The translations under genes and the position numbers were made by a program. A stretch of DNA of 64,000 bases from Candidatus Poribacteria bacterium (GTDB lineage: Bacteria; Poribacteria; WGA-4E; WGA-3G), in assembly GCA_963665235.2 (NCBI GenBank), contig CAXXLX010000001.1, positions 1,728,001 through 1,792,000 on the forward strand, read 5' to 3'. Under the pieces are notes generated by a model. That model did no database searches, was not told where the DNA came from, and saw only the letters and a list, made by a program, of their open reading frames with translations. Shown one piece after another: positions 49,828-60,419 of this stretch. How positions within the stretch are numbered: the stretch's first letter is position 1; each line of letters starts with the position of its first letter.

Positions 49828-52800
49828 TTATATCAAGATATCCTCAATTGTGAGGGGTTGTGCAAGTTCACTGTTTGCGGCTTCAAGTTTTTCGCGACTA
49901 GAAACGACACAAACAGCTGCGTTATCCATGTTTTCTTCAAAAAGTTGGAGCAGCGCACGTTGGACTTCAGCGGGTGTTGCACTACGGAGTTGATTATAGC
50001 GTTCTTCTTGTATTTCGCGCGTCTGTCCGCTGATGTGGTACCATTGTGCGTTGCTTACTGCTTGGGCTGGCCGGATCGGTTTTTCTGCACCTTTCGCCGT
50101 TGCAATGATAGCGCGGTCGATGTCCGTTTGCGTCCACTCTACCTGCTTGATGTACTCTACCGTCTGCTCAAAGACATTAATCGTGCGTGCCACGTGCGGG
50201 TCTCTGAACGAGGATTGATAAAGTGCTGCGTCGAAAGGACTATAGGTCAATCCTGCCCCGTAAGCGTTCCCTTTAAAACGGATCTCACTCAATATGTAAT
50301 CCATCCGAACGAGATGCGCGCCGATAGTGAGCAGCGTAGAATCGGGATGTGAATAGTGTGGTGCCGGCATTACGTGTGCACAGTGGGCAATCTGAATCGG
50401 TCCCGCCAATCCTTCTCGTGGTGGCGTGTCGTACGGTTGAAATGCAATCGGGTCTGGACTGGTTGCTTCATCTTGCATAGCATTCAACCATTCACCAAGT
50501 TTTGTGTGTGTTGTCTGGTAAGCAGCATCGGAACCGACAAACCCGGCGGTCACCCGTCTACGATTCAGTAAGAAATCTCGAATCTCTTCTATATGACCCA
50601 TAAGGTCAGCATTAAGTTCGTCAAAATTATTGAGCAACGTTTCACTGCTGCGTAGCTGCGGGAGTCCGTTAACAATTTCTGATAGATGTGCGCGGGGTGA
50701 TAGCCCGCGGGAAGCGTGATGAATTGCGGTACTTGAGCCGTTCTGAACCATTCCGGTGCGGTATTCAGCAACGGCTTGCACTAACACATCGTGGAGCCGT
50801 TCTGTATCGCGTGGGTTCACAGCAAAAACGAGGTCATGCAGCACATCAAGCGCGATGTCCATTTTACCATCAAGCGCTTTGAGATGAAAGTATGCGTTTT
50901 GTAGTGAATGACTGGCATCAAGTGCGTGTGTGCGAAAGCCGACCCCGCATCGGATTCCGCCGGTAACCGATGATTTTCGCAGTGCTATCTCTGCAAAATC
51001 CATTTCCGCTGCGCCGAGTTGATGAATCGCTTCGATATATCTCGGTAAGTATGTCCAGAGGTGTTGCGGTAATTCCCGCAGATCGAAATCTATGACAAAA
51101 TAATTCACCCCGTTTGCGAAGACATCACTGTGGAGAAGGTCTTGTCCACAAACTTTCTCTATAGTGGTGGGGATATGTTTCGGTTTATCGGGAAGATCGC
51201 TCACTTGGAGTTGTGGCAGTTTTGCGAGTGCCTCCGGTGGGTTCGGTTGCCCGTTCATCCGTTCCAATTCTGCAGCATCAGCGGCAATCTGTCTCATCTG
51301 TTCATCAGAGAGTTGTGCGCGGATAGCCTTGGTGCGTTGTGCTAATTCAGCGTCCATTCTCGCCTGCATGTTCGGGTCAGGAGAAAGCACATTCGTCAAA
51401 CGGTGTGGATTGTCAACAAGTCGTTCGCGGATCATTTCGTTGAAGATTGCAGGATTTTCCTCCCAACGTTTACGGATAGCAGCAAGGTTCTCTCCCATTT
51501 TCAGAAAGGTTCCTGAATCGTTATTGTATATCCATGTTCCAATCACACGGAAAAGCATGCGGAGCGGGAACATCGGTGCTACTTCTTGGTAGTGGTAGGT
51601 TGACTGTTGGAAAGCTGCTTCTACCAATGCGCTATCTAATTCGTTTTCGGCAAGTTCGGTGAGCGTGTCATTGACCAATTTAGTGAAAGCGTCAACGCGC
51701 TCTGCTTCGCTCCCTTTAAGTCCAACATAAAAAGTGCTATTTGGACCGATAGAGCTTGCGCCAGAATAAATCAGATCTGCTCCCAATTTTGAGTCGATAA
51801 TTGCTTTTTTGAGCGGTGCGGCTTCATTACCCAGAAGAATTAGACTGAGAATATTACACATCGCTGCATCTTCCGGCTCAGTTGCATCACCGATAAACCA
51901 ACTGAGCAATAGATACGTTTTTTCATCAAGGGATTCGTCTGGTGCAACGGGGTAGGTATCGCTCACAATCTGCGGAGATGTCCACCTCAGTTGTTGTGTA
52001 GCTTCCGCATTAAGCGGTTGCATTGAGGCGACGGTTTCATTTTTAGGTATCTTATCCAGTTTGTCAGCGAGAAATGCGAGATAATCACTTGTCGGAATAT
52101 CACCATACAGGAAAAAGTATCCATTGCTGGGATGGTAATATGTTTCGTGAAATCCTTTGAGCTGCTGATATGTCAAGTCTGGAATAGCGTCTGGGTCTCC
52201 TCCAGATTCACAGGCGTAAAGTGTATCAGGGAGGAGTTGGCACGTCCTTAATCGGGATAACCGGGCCTCAGGGTCTGAGAATGCTCCCTTCATTTCATTG
52301 TAGACGATGCCGGTAATCTTCAGAGCACCTGTCGGGTCTTCCGGATCGGCAGGTGCAAGATGGTGACCTTCACGTTTGAAAGTTTCCTCTGTCAGCAATG
52401 GATGGAACACGGCATCAAAGTAGACTTCTGCAAGGTTGAACAGGTCTTTTTTGACGTTGCTTGCTACCGGATAATAGGTCTGGTCAGAGCCTGTCATGGC
52501 GTTGATAAATGTGGCCATGCTCATCTTTATCATTTCAAAAAAGGGCTCTTTGACAGGGAATTTTTGTGAGCCTGCTAGCACCGCGTGTTCAAGGATATGT
52601 GGGACACCGGTATCGTCTGACGGGGGTGTTGGAAAATTAATTGAGAAAAGATTTTCCGTATCAGCTGTATAGAGATGGAGCAGGCGTGCACCACTCCGCT
52701 GATGGGTCAATTCAATCGTCACCGCCCGTAATTCGTCGAGCGGTGTGATAGCTTTTACCTCAAACCCGTGGAGTTGTTGGCCAGGGGATAAGTTAACGGG

Positions 52801-52845
52801 CGGGTGCATTGCCCCGCCATTACCAGCTGCGATTTTTGAATCCAT
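49828..52845 (-). CDS. M16C (PreP-like) insulinase-family peptidase
   Basis: HILEH, INAMT, GIVYNEMKG, EIRFKGNAYG. Confidence 0.93.
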   Translation of the reverse strand: MDSKIAAGNGGAMHPPVNLSPGQQLHGFEVKAITPLDELRAVTIELTHQRSGARLLHLYTADTENLFSINFPTPPSDDTGVPHILEHAVLAGSQKFPVKEPFFEMIKMSMATFINAMTGSDQTYYPVASNVKKDLFNLAEVYFDAVFHPLLTEETFKREGHHLAPADPEDPTGALKITGIVYNEMKGAFSDPEARLSRLRTCQLLPDTLYACESGGDPDAIPDLTYQQLKGFHETYYHPSNGYFFLYGDIPTSDYLAFLADKLDKIPKNETVASMQPLNAEATQQLRWTSPQIVSDTYPVAPDESLDEKTYLLLSWFIGDATEPEDAAMCNILSLILLGNEAAPLKKAIIDSKLGADLIYSGASSIGPNSTFYVGLKGSEAERVDAFTKLVNDTLTELAENELDSALVEAAFQQSTYHYQEVAPMFPLRMLFRVIGTWIYNNDSGTFLKMGENLAAIRKRWEENPAIFNEMIRERLVDNPHRLTNVLSPDPNMQARMDAELAQRTKAIRAQLSDEQMRQIAADAAELERMNGQPNPPEALAKLPQLQVSDLPDKPKHIPTTIEKVCGQDLLHSDVFANGVNYFVIDFDLRELPQHLWTYLPRYIEAIHQLGAAEMDFAEIALRKSSVTGGIRCGVGFRTHALDASHSLQNAYFHLKALDGKMDIALDVLHDLVFAVNPRDTERLHDVLVQAVAEYRTGMVQNGSSTAIHHASRGLSPRAHLSEIVNGLPQLRSSETLLNNFDELNADLMGHIEEIRDFLLNRRRVTAGFVGSDAAYQTTHTKLGEWLNAMQDEATSPDPIAFQPYDTPPREGLAGPIQIAHCAHVMPAPHYSHPDSTLLTIGAHLVRMDYILSEIRFKGNAYGAGLTYSPFDAALYQSSFRDPHVARTINVFEQTVEYIKQVEWTQTDIDRAIIATAKGAEKPIRPAQAVSNAQWYHISGQTREIQEERYNQLRSATPAEVQRALLQLFEENMDNAAVCVVSSREKLEAANSELAQPLTIEDILI

Positions 52846-52871
52846 TTTTACCTCCAGTTTTTGTTCGTTGT

Positions 52872-55800
52872 TTAAATGTCCTCGATGACAAGAGGGCGCG
52901 CCATTTTTTTATTTTCTGCCTCTAATTTCTCACGACTCGCGACAACGCATATTGCAACTTTATCCTGATTTTCCTCAAGGACTTGCAGCAGTGCTCGTTT
53001 GACTTCCTTAGGGGTTGCGCGTCGGAGTTGTGCATATTTTTCTTCAACCACTTCGTGTGTTTGCCCCTTAATATAATGCCAGATAGCATCGGTTGAGGCT
53101 TGACTGGGTCGAATTGTTTTTATGTAATCTGACGATTTCGCAATAATCGCTCGGTCAATATCGGTCTGCGTCCACTCTACCTGTTTGACATAGTCAACAG
53201 CCCGTGCAAAAACGGATAGTGTACGAGCGACGTGCGGATCATACTCCGATCCTTGGTGGATCAAGGATTCATAAGGGTTATACGAGAAATGATAACCGTA
53301 GGCATTGCCTTTAAGACGGATTTCGGGCAACATATAATCATTGGACAAGATATGCGAACCAATTGTCAAGAGTGATGCGTCCGGATGTGAGTAATGTGGT
53401 GCGGGCATCATCTGTGTACAGTGTGCTATTGGAATAGGAGCCGCCAATCCTTCACGGGGTGGTGCCCCAAAAGATTTAAAACCTATCGGTGCTGGAATTA
53501 TCGGTTCGTCACGCATATCGCCAATCCATTCGGCAAACTGTCCTCGAAACACCTGATAAGCTGCATCAGAACCGGTAAAACTGGCAGTCACGCGCCCTTG
53601 AACTAATAGGAACTCACGAATCTGTTCAATATTACCTGTAAGTTCTTCATAAGTTTCGTCAAAACGGTTGTGTAACATCTCACATGTGCGGAGTCGCGGT
53701 AATCCATAGACGATATCTGTAAGAAATCCGCGTTCCGAAAGTCCGCGAGCAGCACGACGGTTTGCAATATGTGCCCCGTAATAGTCGTGTTTAGAAGCAA
53801 CTGCTTGATTGAGGATGTCGTAGAGACGATCTTTATCGCGTGGGTTCACATCGAAAATTAAATCGTGCAAAACGCTCAAGGCATCCTCAATTTTACCATC
53901 AAGTGCTTTGAGTCGAAATTGCATATCCCACACAAGGCGATTCGGATCAACTGCGTGAGTGGTAAAGTTTGGTGAGCATCCAATGCTACCGGTGGCTGCT
54001 GCTCTACGCTGTGCCATCTGTTCGTAATTTGACCCACCAGCCCCGAGTTTGCCAACGGCATCGGTATATCGCGGTAGATACTGCCAAAGATGTTGGGGTA
54101 ATCCTTGCAAGTTGAAGTTCAACGCGAGGTAGTTCACGCCGTTCGAAAAAATATCGTTTCGGAGTAGCGGACAACCGTTGACCGTTTCAACGGTTGTGGG
54201 AATATGTAGCGGTTCATCGGGCAGCTCAGAGACGTGCAGTTGCGGCAACTTCGCTAAACCCTCTGGTGAGTTGGGCTGTCCGCTCAGATGTTCAAGTTCA
54301 GCGGCATCGGCGGCAATCTGCCGCATCTGTTCATCGGTGAGTTGTGCGCGAATTGCTTTCAGACGTTCATTTTCTGTCGCATCAAGCCTCGCTTGCATTT
54401 CTGGGTCAGGAGTCAGGATGGTTGTCAACCGATGTGGATTGTCAAGGAGCCGCTCGCGAATCAATTCATTGAAAATGCGCGGATTTTGCTCATAGCGTTG
54501 ACGAACGGCAGATAGGTGCGTCCCCATCTTTAAAAAGGGGGTCGGCTCCCTTTCATACATCCATGTGTTTACGACACGTATCATCATTTGAAACGGAAAA
54601 CCCGGTGTGACTTCCTGATAGTCATAGGTGATTTGTTGGAATGCGGCTTCCACTATCTCTTTGTCAATTTCTACGTCTGCAATTTGCGTGAGTGTCTTGA
54701 TGACCAATTCTGCAAAAGCGTCAACGCGCTCTGCTTCACTTCCAACTAAACCGACACTAAATGTGCTATTTGGTCCTACCTTACCACCAAAGATATTGTC
54801 CCGTATATCAGTACCAAGCTTTGAATCGATAATTGCCTTGCGGAGCGGGGCCCCTTCATTATCAAGTAGTATCCTGCGTAATATACGGCACAAGATAGTT
54901 TCTTCAGGCTCCGTTGTCCCTCCGATGAGCCAACTGAGCATCAGATACGTCTTTTCAGTGAGGGACTCATCTACACCGATTGGGTAGGTATCCGTTACAG
55001 TCCGTGGCGATTTCCACTTCAGCTGGCGTGTGATTTCCGGTCGGAGCGGGTGTAGAAATCGATAAGTTTCTTTCTTCGGAATTGCCGCCAGTTTATCGGC
55101 GAGAAATATGAGATAATCATGAGTTGGTATATTACCGTAGAAGAAGAAGTAACTGTTGTGTGGATGATAGTAGGTTTGGTGATAAGTTTTCAATTGTTCG
55201 TAGGTTAAGTCAGGCATAATTAGGGAATTTCCAGCACCATTATTGGCATAGCAGGTGTCAGGCAAAAGTCCACCGGCCACAGCAAAAAACAAGCAGTATT
55301 CTGGATGGGACAAACCAATTTTCACCTCATTATAAACGATCCCATTTATTTTTAAATCTCCTGTCGGTTGATCCGGGTCCACAGGTTCAAGATGATGTCC
55401 TTCACGTTTAAAGGTATCCTCGGTTAGTAGTGGATGAAAAACGGAATCAAAGTGGACTTCTGCAACGTTAAATAGGTCTTTTTTCACATTGTTTGAGGTG
55501 TAGTAAAAGGCGTGATCGATATAGTTCATCGCATTGGTACTGTCCCAGGTCGCGAGACTCATCTTCATCATCTCAAATAACGCCCCTTTTATCGGATAGT
55601 TCCGGGATCCTTGCGTTACGGAGTGTTCAAGGATATGCTGCAGCCCGGTATCATCTAATGTTGGGGTTACTGGACTGATTGAAAACAAGTTTCTGGTGTC
55701 GTCTGTCCAGAGATGCATCAACCGTGCGCCGCTATGTGGATGATAGAGTTCTATTGCGACGGCACGCAATTCGTCAATTGGTGTGATGGCTTTAACCTCA

Positions 55801-55883
55801 AATCCGTGAAGCTGCTGTCCGCGGTGAAGGTCAATTGGCGGGTGCATTGCCTCGCCATTACCAGTTGCAATTTTTGAATCCAT
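52872..55883 (-). CDS. M16C (PreP-like) peptidase, tandem paralog
   Basis: HILEH, GIVYNEVK, EIRLKGNAYG. Confidence 0.9.
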   Translation of the reverse strand: MDSKIATGNGEAMHPPIDLHRGQQLHGFEVKAITPIDELRAVAIELYHPHSGARLMHLWTDDTRNLFSISPVTPTLDDTGLQHILEHSVTQGSRNYPIKGALFEMMKMSLATWDSTNAMNYIDHAFYYTSNNVKKDLFNVAEVHFDSVFHPLLTEDTFKREGHHLEPVDPDQPTGDLKINGIVYNEVKIGLSHPEYCLFFAVAGGLLPDTCYANNGAGNSLIMPDLTYEQLKTYHQTYYHPHNSYFFFYGNIPTHDYLIFLADKLAAIPKKETYRFLHPLRPEITRQLKWKSPRTVTDTYPIGVDESLTEKTYLMLSWLIGGTTEPEETILCRILRRILLDNEGAPLRKAIIDSKLGTDIRDNIFGGKVGPNSTFSVGLVGSEAERVDAFAELVIKTLTQIADVEIDKEIVEAAFQQITYDYQEVTPGFPFQMMIRVVNTWMYEREPTPFLKMGTHLSAVRQRYEQNPRIFNELIRERLLDNPHRLTTILTPDPEMQARLDATENERLKAIRAQLTDEQMRQIAADAAELEHLSGQPNSPEGLAKLPQLHVSELPDEPLHIPTTVETVNGCPLLRNDIFSNGVNYLALNFNLQGLPQHLWQYLPRYTDAVGKLGAGGSNYEQMAQRRAAATGSIGCSPNFTTHAVDPNRLVWDMQFRLKALDGKIEDALSVLHDLIFDVNPRDKDRLYDILNQAVASKHDYYGAHIANRRAARGLSERGFLTDIVYGLPRLRTCEMLHNRFDETYEELTGNIEQIREFLLVQGRVTASFTGSDAAYQVFRGQFAEWIGDMRDEPIIPAPIGFKSFGAPPREGLAAPIPIAHCTQMMPAPHYSHPDASLLTIGSHILSNDYMLPEIRLKGNAYGYHFSYNPYESLIHQGSEYDPHVARTLSVFARAVDYVKQVEWTQTDIDRAIIAKSSDYIKTIRPSQASTDAIWHYIKGQTHEVVEEKYAQLRRATPKEVKRALLQVLEENQDKVAICVVASREKLEAENKKMARPLVIEDI

Positions 55884-56095
55884 TTTTGTCTCCAGTTTCT
55901 GATGGTTGTTGGCTTATAGTAAAGCATATAATTATTTGGACATTTTGTAGCATAAACTTTCCAGTTTGTGCCGATGCGGACACAAACTAAATGAAGTTTA
56001 ATTTATTAATTCGGTAATTCTAACTTCCGAATGTGTCAGGTTTCGCTTCGCTCAACACGACCTGCAATATTACCGAAATTATTTTTTAATCTTCC

Positions 56096-56278
56096 AGGAC
56101 TTACGCACCTGCACATTGCAGGCACAATCGGAGACCTTCTCCATACACCCCATAGCACAAATTGCATAAGTCGGGCGTTCGTAGACACACATACGAATGT
56201 GCGTAAATCTCCTGTTATTTGGTTATTAGAGTCTATTCAGCTGTAAAAAGATAGTAAAAAATTCAGGGCTATAAACAT
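56096..56278. mobile_element. MITE-like repeat, copy 2
   Basis: Matches 47988-48152. Confidence 0.65.
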
Positions 56279-56350
56279 ACCGCCCCTACAAGACTAAGGA
56301 GAGGGGTCAGCGCGGTTCTATAAACATACCGCCCCTACGGGGCTAAGGGA
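56269..56350 (+). repeat. REP-like direct repeat CTATAAACATACCGCCCCTAC x2
   Basis: Two copies 49 bp apart, ending in CTAC (GTAG-type REP). Confidence 0.7.
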
Positions 56351-56398
56351 CGGGGGCACCGCGGTTTCTGATACGCATCAAATATTTCTTGCTAATTG

Positions 56399-57706
56399 CT
56401 AATCGCTAATCGCCAAATCAGCACAAACGATTTCGTTGTCATTTCGGACGAAGACGTGTTTGTAAGCAAACGCGGGATGTGCCCACGTGACACCGCCTCT
56501 TCTGTTGAGTTGGTCTCGTGTCGGTTCAATTAATTTTGCACGACTGATAATCTTAAGTCCTTTGGGAGAAAGTTCCGTGATAAGCAGTTCCCCGTGTTCA
56601 TTGAACATCCAGACTTTATCAGCGTTTTGTACGAAGTGGATATTGCTCCACCGGGCTTTTCGGACAGCCGTAAGGTCTTCCCAAATCCGATCGCCGTTTC
56701 GGGCATCTATACATCGGAGTTCTCCATAACTGTCCACGCCGTAAATATAATCGCCAATGCGGACAGGGGTTGCCATGGTGGTATGCAGTGCCTCTGTGTT
56801 CTGTTCGTCTTTACCTCTGCGGTGCCAGCCGAGTTCTACAGCCAACTTATCCTGTGCTAATTTCAGCATAAGTGACCCTTGAATGAAATGTGTCATGAAG
56901 AGTTCGTTTTGATAAAGTACGGGTGTGGCAATTGCAACCTCAAAACGTTTAGGGGGTAGTGGAAAAAGCCAATGTACCGCGCCATTTCTCGGATCGAGGG
57001 CGGCGATGTTAGCCCCGGTCCAGCAAATTAAGACCCGTTCTCCCGCCTGCGTAATGACAATCGGTGCGGAATAGGAGGCGTTATCGCTAAGTGCTCTCCA
57101 TTTTTCCTCACCTGTTTTTCGGTCAAAGGCGACAATACACGCGTCCGGCTTGCCCCCGATTTGGACAATGAGATTATCCGCTTCAACAATCGGTGCACAA
57201 GCGATGCCCCAGATTGGCATATTGATGTTATATTCGGCATTGAGGTCTTTTTTCCATTTGATGTCGCCGGTAGCAGCGTCAAAACAGTGTAGATGTCCCA
57301 TCGCCCCTAGGGCGTAAGCGAGTCCATCGTGTATAGTGACGTTAGCGCGTGGGCCTGCTGCATACTCGATTTTGTATTCGCAATCGTAGGTGTAGGACCA
57401 GATTTCGTCTCCTGTTTTCCAGTCGAAGCAGTGAACGCGTTCGACCTGTTTCGGTTTGGTAAGTCTATCGGTAATGTATACGCGTCCATCGGCGACACTG
57501 GGGCCGCTGTATCCGCTGCCGATGGGCATCCGCCACCGGATCGGAATTTCTGGCCCATCAAATTTTTCGATGATACCGGTTTCTTTCCAAACGCCATCTC
57601 GGTTATCTCCACGCCATTGAGACCATTCATCGGCGGTTGCTATGTGTGCATGCATCGCTCCTATAGCAACAAATAGGAGGATGAGTGGGTATGTCAGTTT
57701 TTTCAT
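56399..57706 (-). CDS. PQQ-like beta-propeller secreted protein
   Basis: MKKLTYPL signal; EWSQWRG, GYSGPSV, TWAHPA. Confidence 0.9.
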   Translation of the reverse strand: MKKLTYPLILLFVAIGAMHAHIATADEWSQWRGDNRDGVWKETGIIEKFDGPEIPIRWRMPIGSGYSGPSVADGRVYITDRLTKPKQVERVHCFDWKTGDEIWSYTYDCEYKIEYAAGPRANVTIHDGLAYALGAMGHLHCFDAATGDIKWKKDLNAEYNINMPIWGIACAPIVEADNLIVQIGGKPDACIVAFDRKTGEEKWRALSDNASYSAPIVITQAGERVLICWTGANIAALDPRNGAVHWLFPLPPKRFEVAIATPVLYQNELFMTHFIQGSLMLKLAQDKLAVELGWHRRGKDEQNTEALHTTMATPVRIGDYIYGVDSYGELRCIDARNGDRIWEDLTAVRKARWSNIHFVQNADKVWMFNEHGELLITELSPKGLKIISRAKLIEPTRDQLNRRGGVTWAHPAFAYKHVFVRNDNEIVCADLAISD

Positions 57707-57879
57707 AATTTTTTTCTCCAACTCCTCAGTCAGGGGCCATCTATTGATGTGCCGCTGTTGTCTGTTTGCGTTCGGTTTTTTGACACTGGGTGCGTTCTTT
57801 CGCATTTCGGTGTGTTTTTACGTTCACCGAAGGCTGTTGTTAATATTTTACCTTTTTTCTGGGGCGTTTGTCAAGAAGA

Positions 57880-57985
57880 ATCGCGTGAACAGCACGCTCC
57901 TACAGAAGACGCTGACGCAGGGTCGCGTGCGCAGCACGCTCCTACAGAAGACGGTGGCGTGTGCAGCTTGCTCCTACAGAAGAGA
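57880..57985 (+). repeat. GTAG-type REP cluster (GCACGCTCCTACAGAAGA x3)
   Basis: Three copies (third degenerate); inverted copy at ~43847-43875. Confidence 0.75.
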
Positions 57986-58064
57986 CAAAGACAGTCGCGA
58001 GCGGAGTGCTTAAATGCCATGCGCGCATTTGGCGTTGATTTGGAAAACTAAATATCTGTAGGTT

Positions 58065-59255
58065 TTATGAGTTCTGGTTAGCCTGTGCAATTGCATGTTC
58101 AAAAGTTTTTTTATAAACAGTGCTATTGAGCCGCTCGATGATGAAGTTTTCAAGATTATGTTTTTCTTCGCGGACTCGACGTGCCTCAAAGTTGAATGTG
58201 TATAAATTATGACAGGCTCGCCGATGAATATGGTTCACTCCATCTCGATCTTCCAGATAGTCTAGGTAAGAAAAAGCATCTGACTCATTCTTAATTTCCC
58301 AAAGACTTCCTTCTTCCCAATTTTTGGGGGTGAATTTTTCTTCACTTATTAATTTCAATAGATGGTTTGCAAACCTACGCCGTATGTGTTCATATTTTTC
58401 AGGGTCTTTTTCTTTTTCACGAGCGGAGAATCTACTCCACGGAAAACCGGGTAATTGAACATTTTTAAATGCGGCACTGAGAATCCAACTTTGTGAATCA
58501 ACGGTGTTAGCTCCACAGTAAAATGCAAATAACATTAGCAGTGCGGACCCTAACGAAAAACAGTGAACGTGAGCGTTTGGCAGCAGTCGGCGGACTGTGC
58601 AGATAATATCAATTACTGTGCGCTTGCTACCGTTACGTGCTAGCGGTGCCAAGCTCCCAATGCCGATGATGGGAGGTTCCTCTCCCCAAATTTTGAAGAT
58701 ATCATCAAAAGAACGTGATAGTGTGTCAGCATCATGTCCATGAAGCACAGGCATTAATTGGAAGTTAGGCGAGACATCTAAGCCCATGAGTTTTTCGAAC
58801 ATTCTTTGCGTATTTGATACGGTATTTGCCCACCGTCTCTCAATTTCGTCCCGATCGGCGTTTGGTAAAAACGGATGATCGAGGACAACTGAGATATCCG
58901 CCTTAAGTTCGATTCCAATTTTAAGAACATCTATCGGATCTATGCTGATTTCGGTCTGTTTTTGAAAATTAAAAGCTCCGGAATCAAGCATCAAGGGACC
59001 ATTAAATTCAATAAACTCATGAAGCTTGCACTGTTTTTCCCTGATTTCTGAGGCAGCTATTCGCGTTCGTGTATTGGCTAATAGATCAAAGGCATTAACG
59101 AGAACAGCTTGGGTATTGGTGATTTCCCAGGGAGCTCGGCGCAACCCCGCACGTGGGTAATCACCTATGCGATAACCGGTAAAAAGGTTTGGTATCTCCA
59201 AAGGGGTCCTGAAAAGAGGGTGTCGTGTGTCACATTTTGATTCATTAATTACCAT
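58065..59255 (-). CDS. tRNA-guanine transglycosylase-superfamily protein (DpdA/TGT-like)
   Basis: LMLDSGAF, VVLDHP, PVLHG, IGIGSL, HVHCFSLG, VDSQSW, CHNL. Confidence 0.8.
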   Translation of the reverse strand: MVINESKCDTRHPLFRTPLEIPNLFTGYRIGDYPRAGLRRAPWEITNTQAVLVNAFDLLANTRTRIAASEIREKQCKLHEFIEFNGPLMLDSGAFNFQKQTEISIDPIDVLKIGIELKADISVVLDHPFLPNADRDEIERRWANTVSNTQRMFEKLMGLDVSPNFQLMPVLHGHDADTLSRSFDDIFKIWGEEPPIIGIGSLAPLARNGSKRTVIDIICTVRRLLPNAHVHCFSLGSALLMLFAFYCGANTVDSQSWILSAAFKNVQLPGFPWSRFSAREKEKDPEKYEHIRRRFANHLLKLISEEKFTPKNWEEGSLWEIKNESDAFSYLDYLEDRDGVNHIHRRACHNLYTFNFEARRVREEKHNLENFIIERLNSTVYKKTFEHAIAQANQNS

Positions 59256-60417
59256 TTTCCACAATCTGTCTCATCCGTTCGCGCATTCTCGGTAGAAAAG
59301 CCCCCGGTAAAACATCTATTTCAGCTTTTTGAGCCTCTGCTTTTAACGAACGGTATTCTTCGGCAACAATTTCTTGTGTTAGCGGTTTTAATTCATCAGG
59401 CCGGGTTACCTCAGATTGTTTTCCCGGGGCTTTGGAATGGACCTCATATCTGTCGCGCTCACTGTTCAGATAGTCGGATACATACTCGATCGCAAGCTCT
59501 TCACTACTTATAGGTTGGAGATTTACCGGTTCGCCTAAACGGTGCTCAATTGCCGGGTACTGTTTAAGGTCTTTCGGTTCAGGCGTAGTTGCAGTGACAA
59601 AAAAAACAGATTCCTTTAATATGTCGAAAAGATGCCGCAGGTCTTGCGCGTATAGTGCTTGCCGTGAACGTGTTAGTGCTTCAAATATCTCCTCAAATTC
59701 GTCAAAGAGCAGGACAACACCATCACATAGGCCTACCTCTTTTAGAACAAGCAGTAATCCGTTCAAGAACCGCATAGCAATTGAAGAGCTGGTGATGTCA
59801 ATAGGTGGCACTCGATCTCCATCATCGGTTAAGAGTCTCTTATCTGCTACCGTAAGTTTTTGCTGCCCTTTTAACCATCGAAGGAAAGCATCTTTCTGCC
59901 GTTCTTCCGGAGACAAAAAGGATATTTGAGCAGGTTTAGCAATAGCTTTAAGTGCCTTCAAAGGTTCACTAGCGGACTTAAACTGTGACGACAAAGTATC
60001 AATTGAATCTGATTTCTGTAGTTCTGCAATCAAGTGATCTAAGAAATGTCCAGCAAGCTTATCGATAATTTGGCGGTGAATAGCAAAGTAGCTCTCCCCG
60101 GGCGCATAGACGTAAATCGGGTAAAAATTCCCGATAAGTTTACGTTCCCTTGCTTCGTCAGTCAACCGTTCAAAGTAGCGTAGGATATTTGTCTTCCCCG
60201 CGCCATTTTTTCCGTTAATACGCAACCGCTTTGCGTCTTCGGAAAAGCTCTGTAACTCACGGACAAACCTATCCTTAATATCATCTTGGTCGGTACAAAC
60301 ATCAAACTCTGTTTCACCGCGTCCTGGGAACGGATTTTTAACGAGAAAATGTTTTTCGTAAGGGGTGGGTTCTCCTGTTTCCGCTTTAAATAGAGAAAGA
60401 TCTTTTATTATTGTCAT
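59245..60417 (-). CDS. AAA+/P-loop ATPase
   Basis: NPF N-motif, GKNGAGKT Walker A, LLFDEFE Walker B, PAIEHRL. Confidence 0.85.
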   Translation of the reverse strand: MTIIKDLSLFKAETGEPTPYEKHFLVKNPFPGRGETEFDVCTDQDDIKDRFVRELQSFSEDAKRLRINGKNGAGKTNILRYFERLTDEARERKLIGNFYPIYVYAPGESYFAIHRQIIDKLAGHFLDHLIAELQKSDSIDTLSSQFKSASEPLKALKAIAKPAQISFLSPEERQKDAFLRWLKGQQKLTVADKRLLTDDGDRVPPIDITSSSIAMRFLNGLLLVLKEVGLCDGVVLLFDEFEEIFEALTRSRQALYAQDLRHLFDILKESVFFVTATTPEPKDLKQYPAIEHRLGEPVNLQPISSEELAIEYVSDYLNSERDRYEVHSKAPGKQSEVTRPDELKPLTQEIVAEEYRSLKAEAQKAEIDVLPGAFLPRMRERMRQIVENGN

Positions 60418-60419
60418 TT

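Noticed and set aside
57880-57985. Mini CRISPR array
   Set aside because: Units are GTAG-type REP palindromes with short, mutually similar linkers; an isolated inverted copy exists at ~43850
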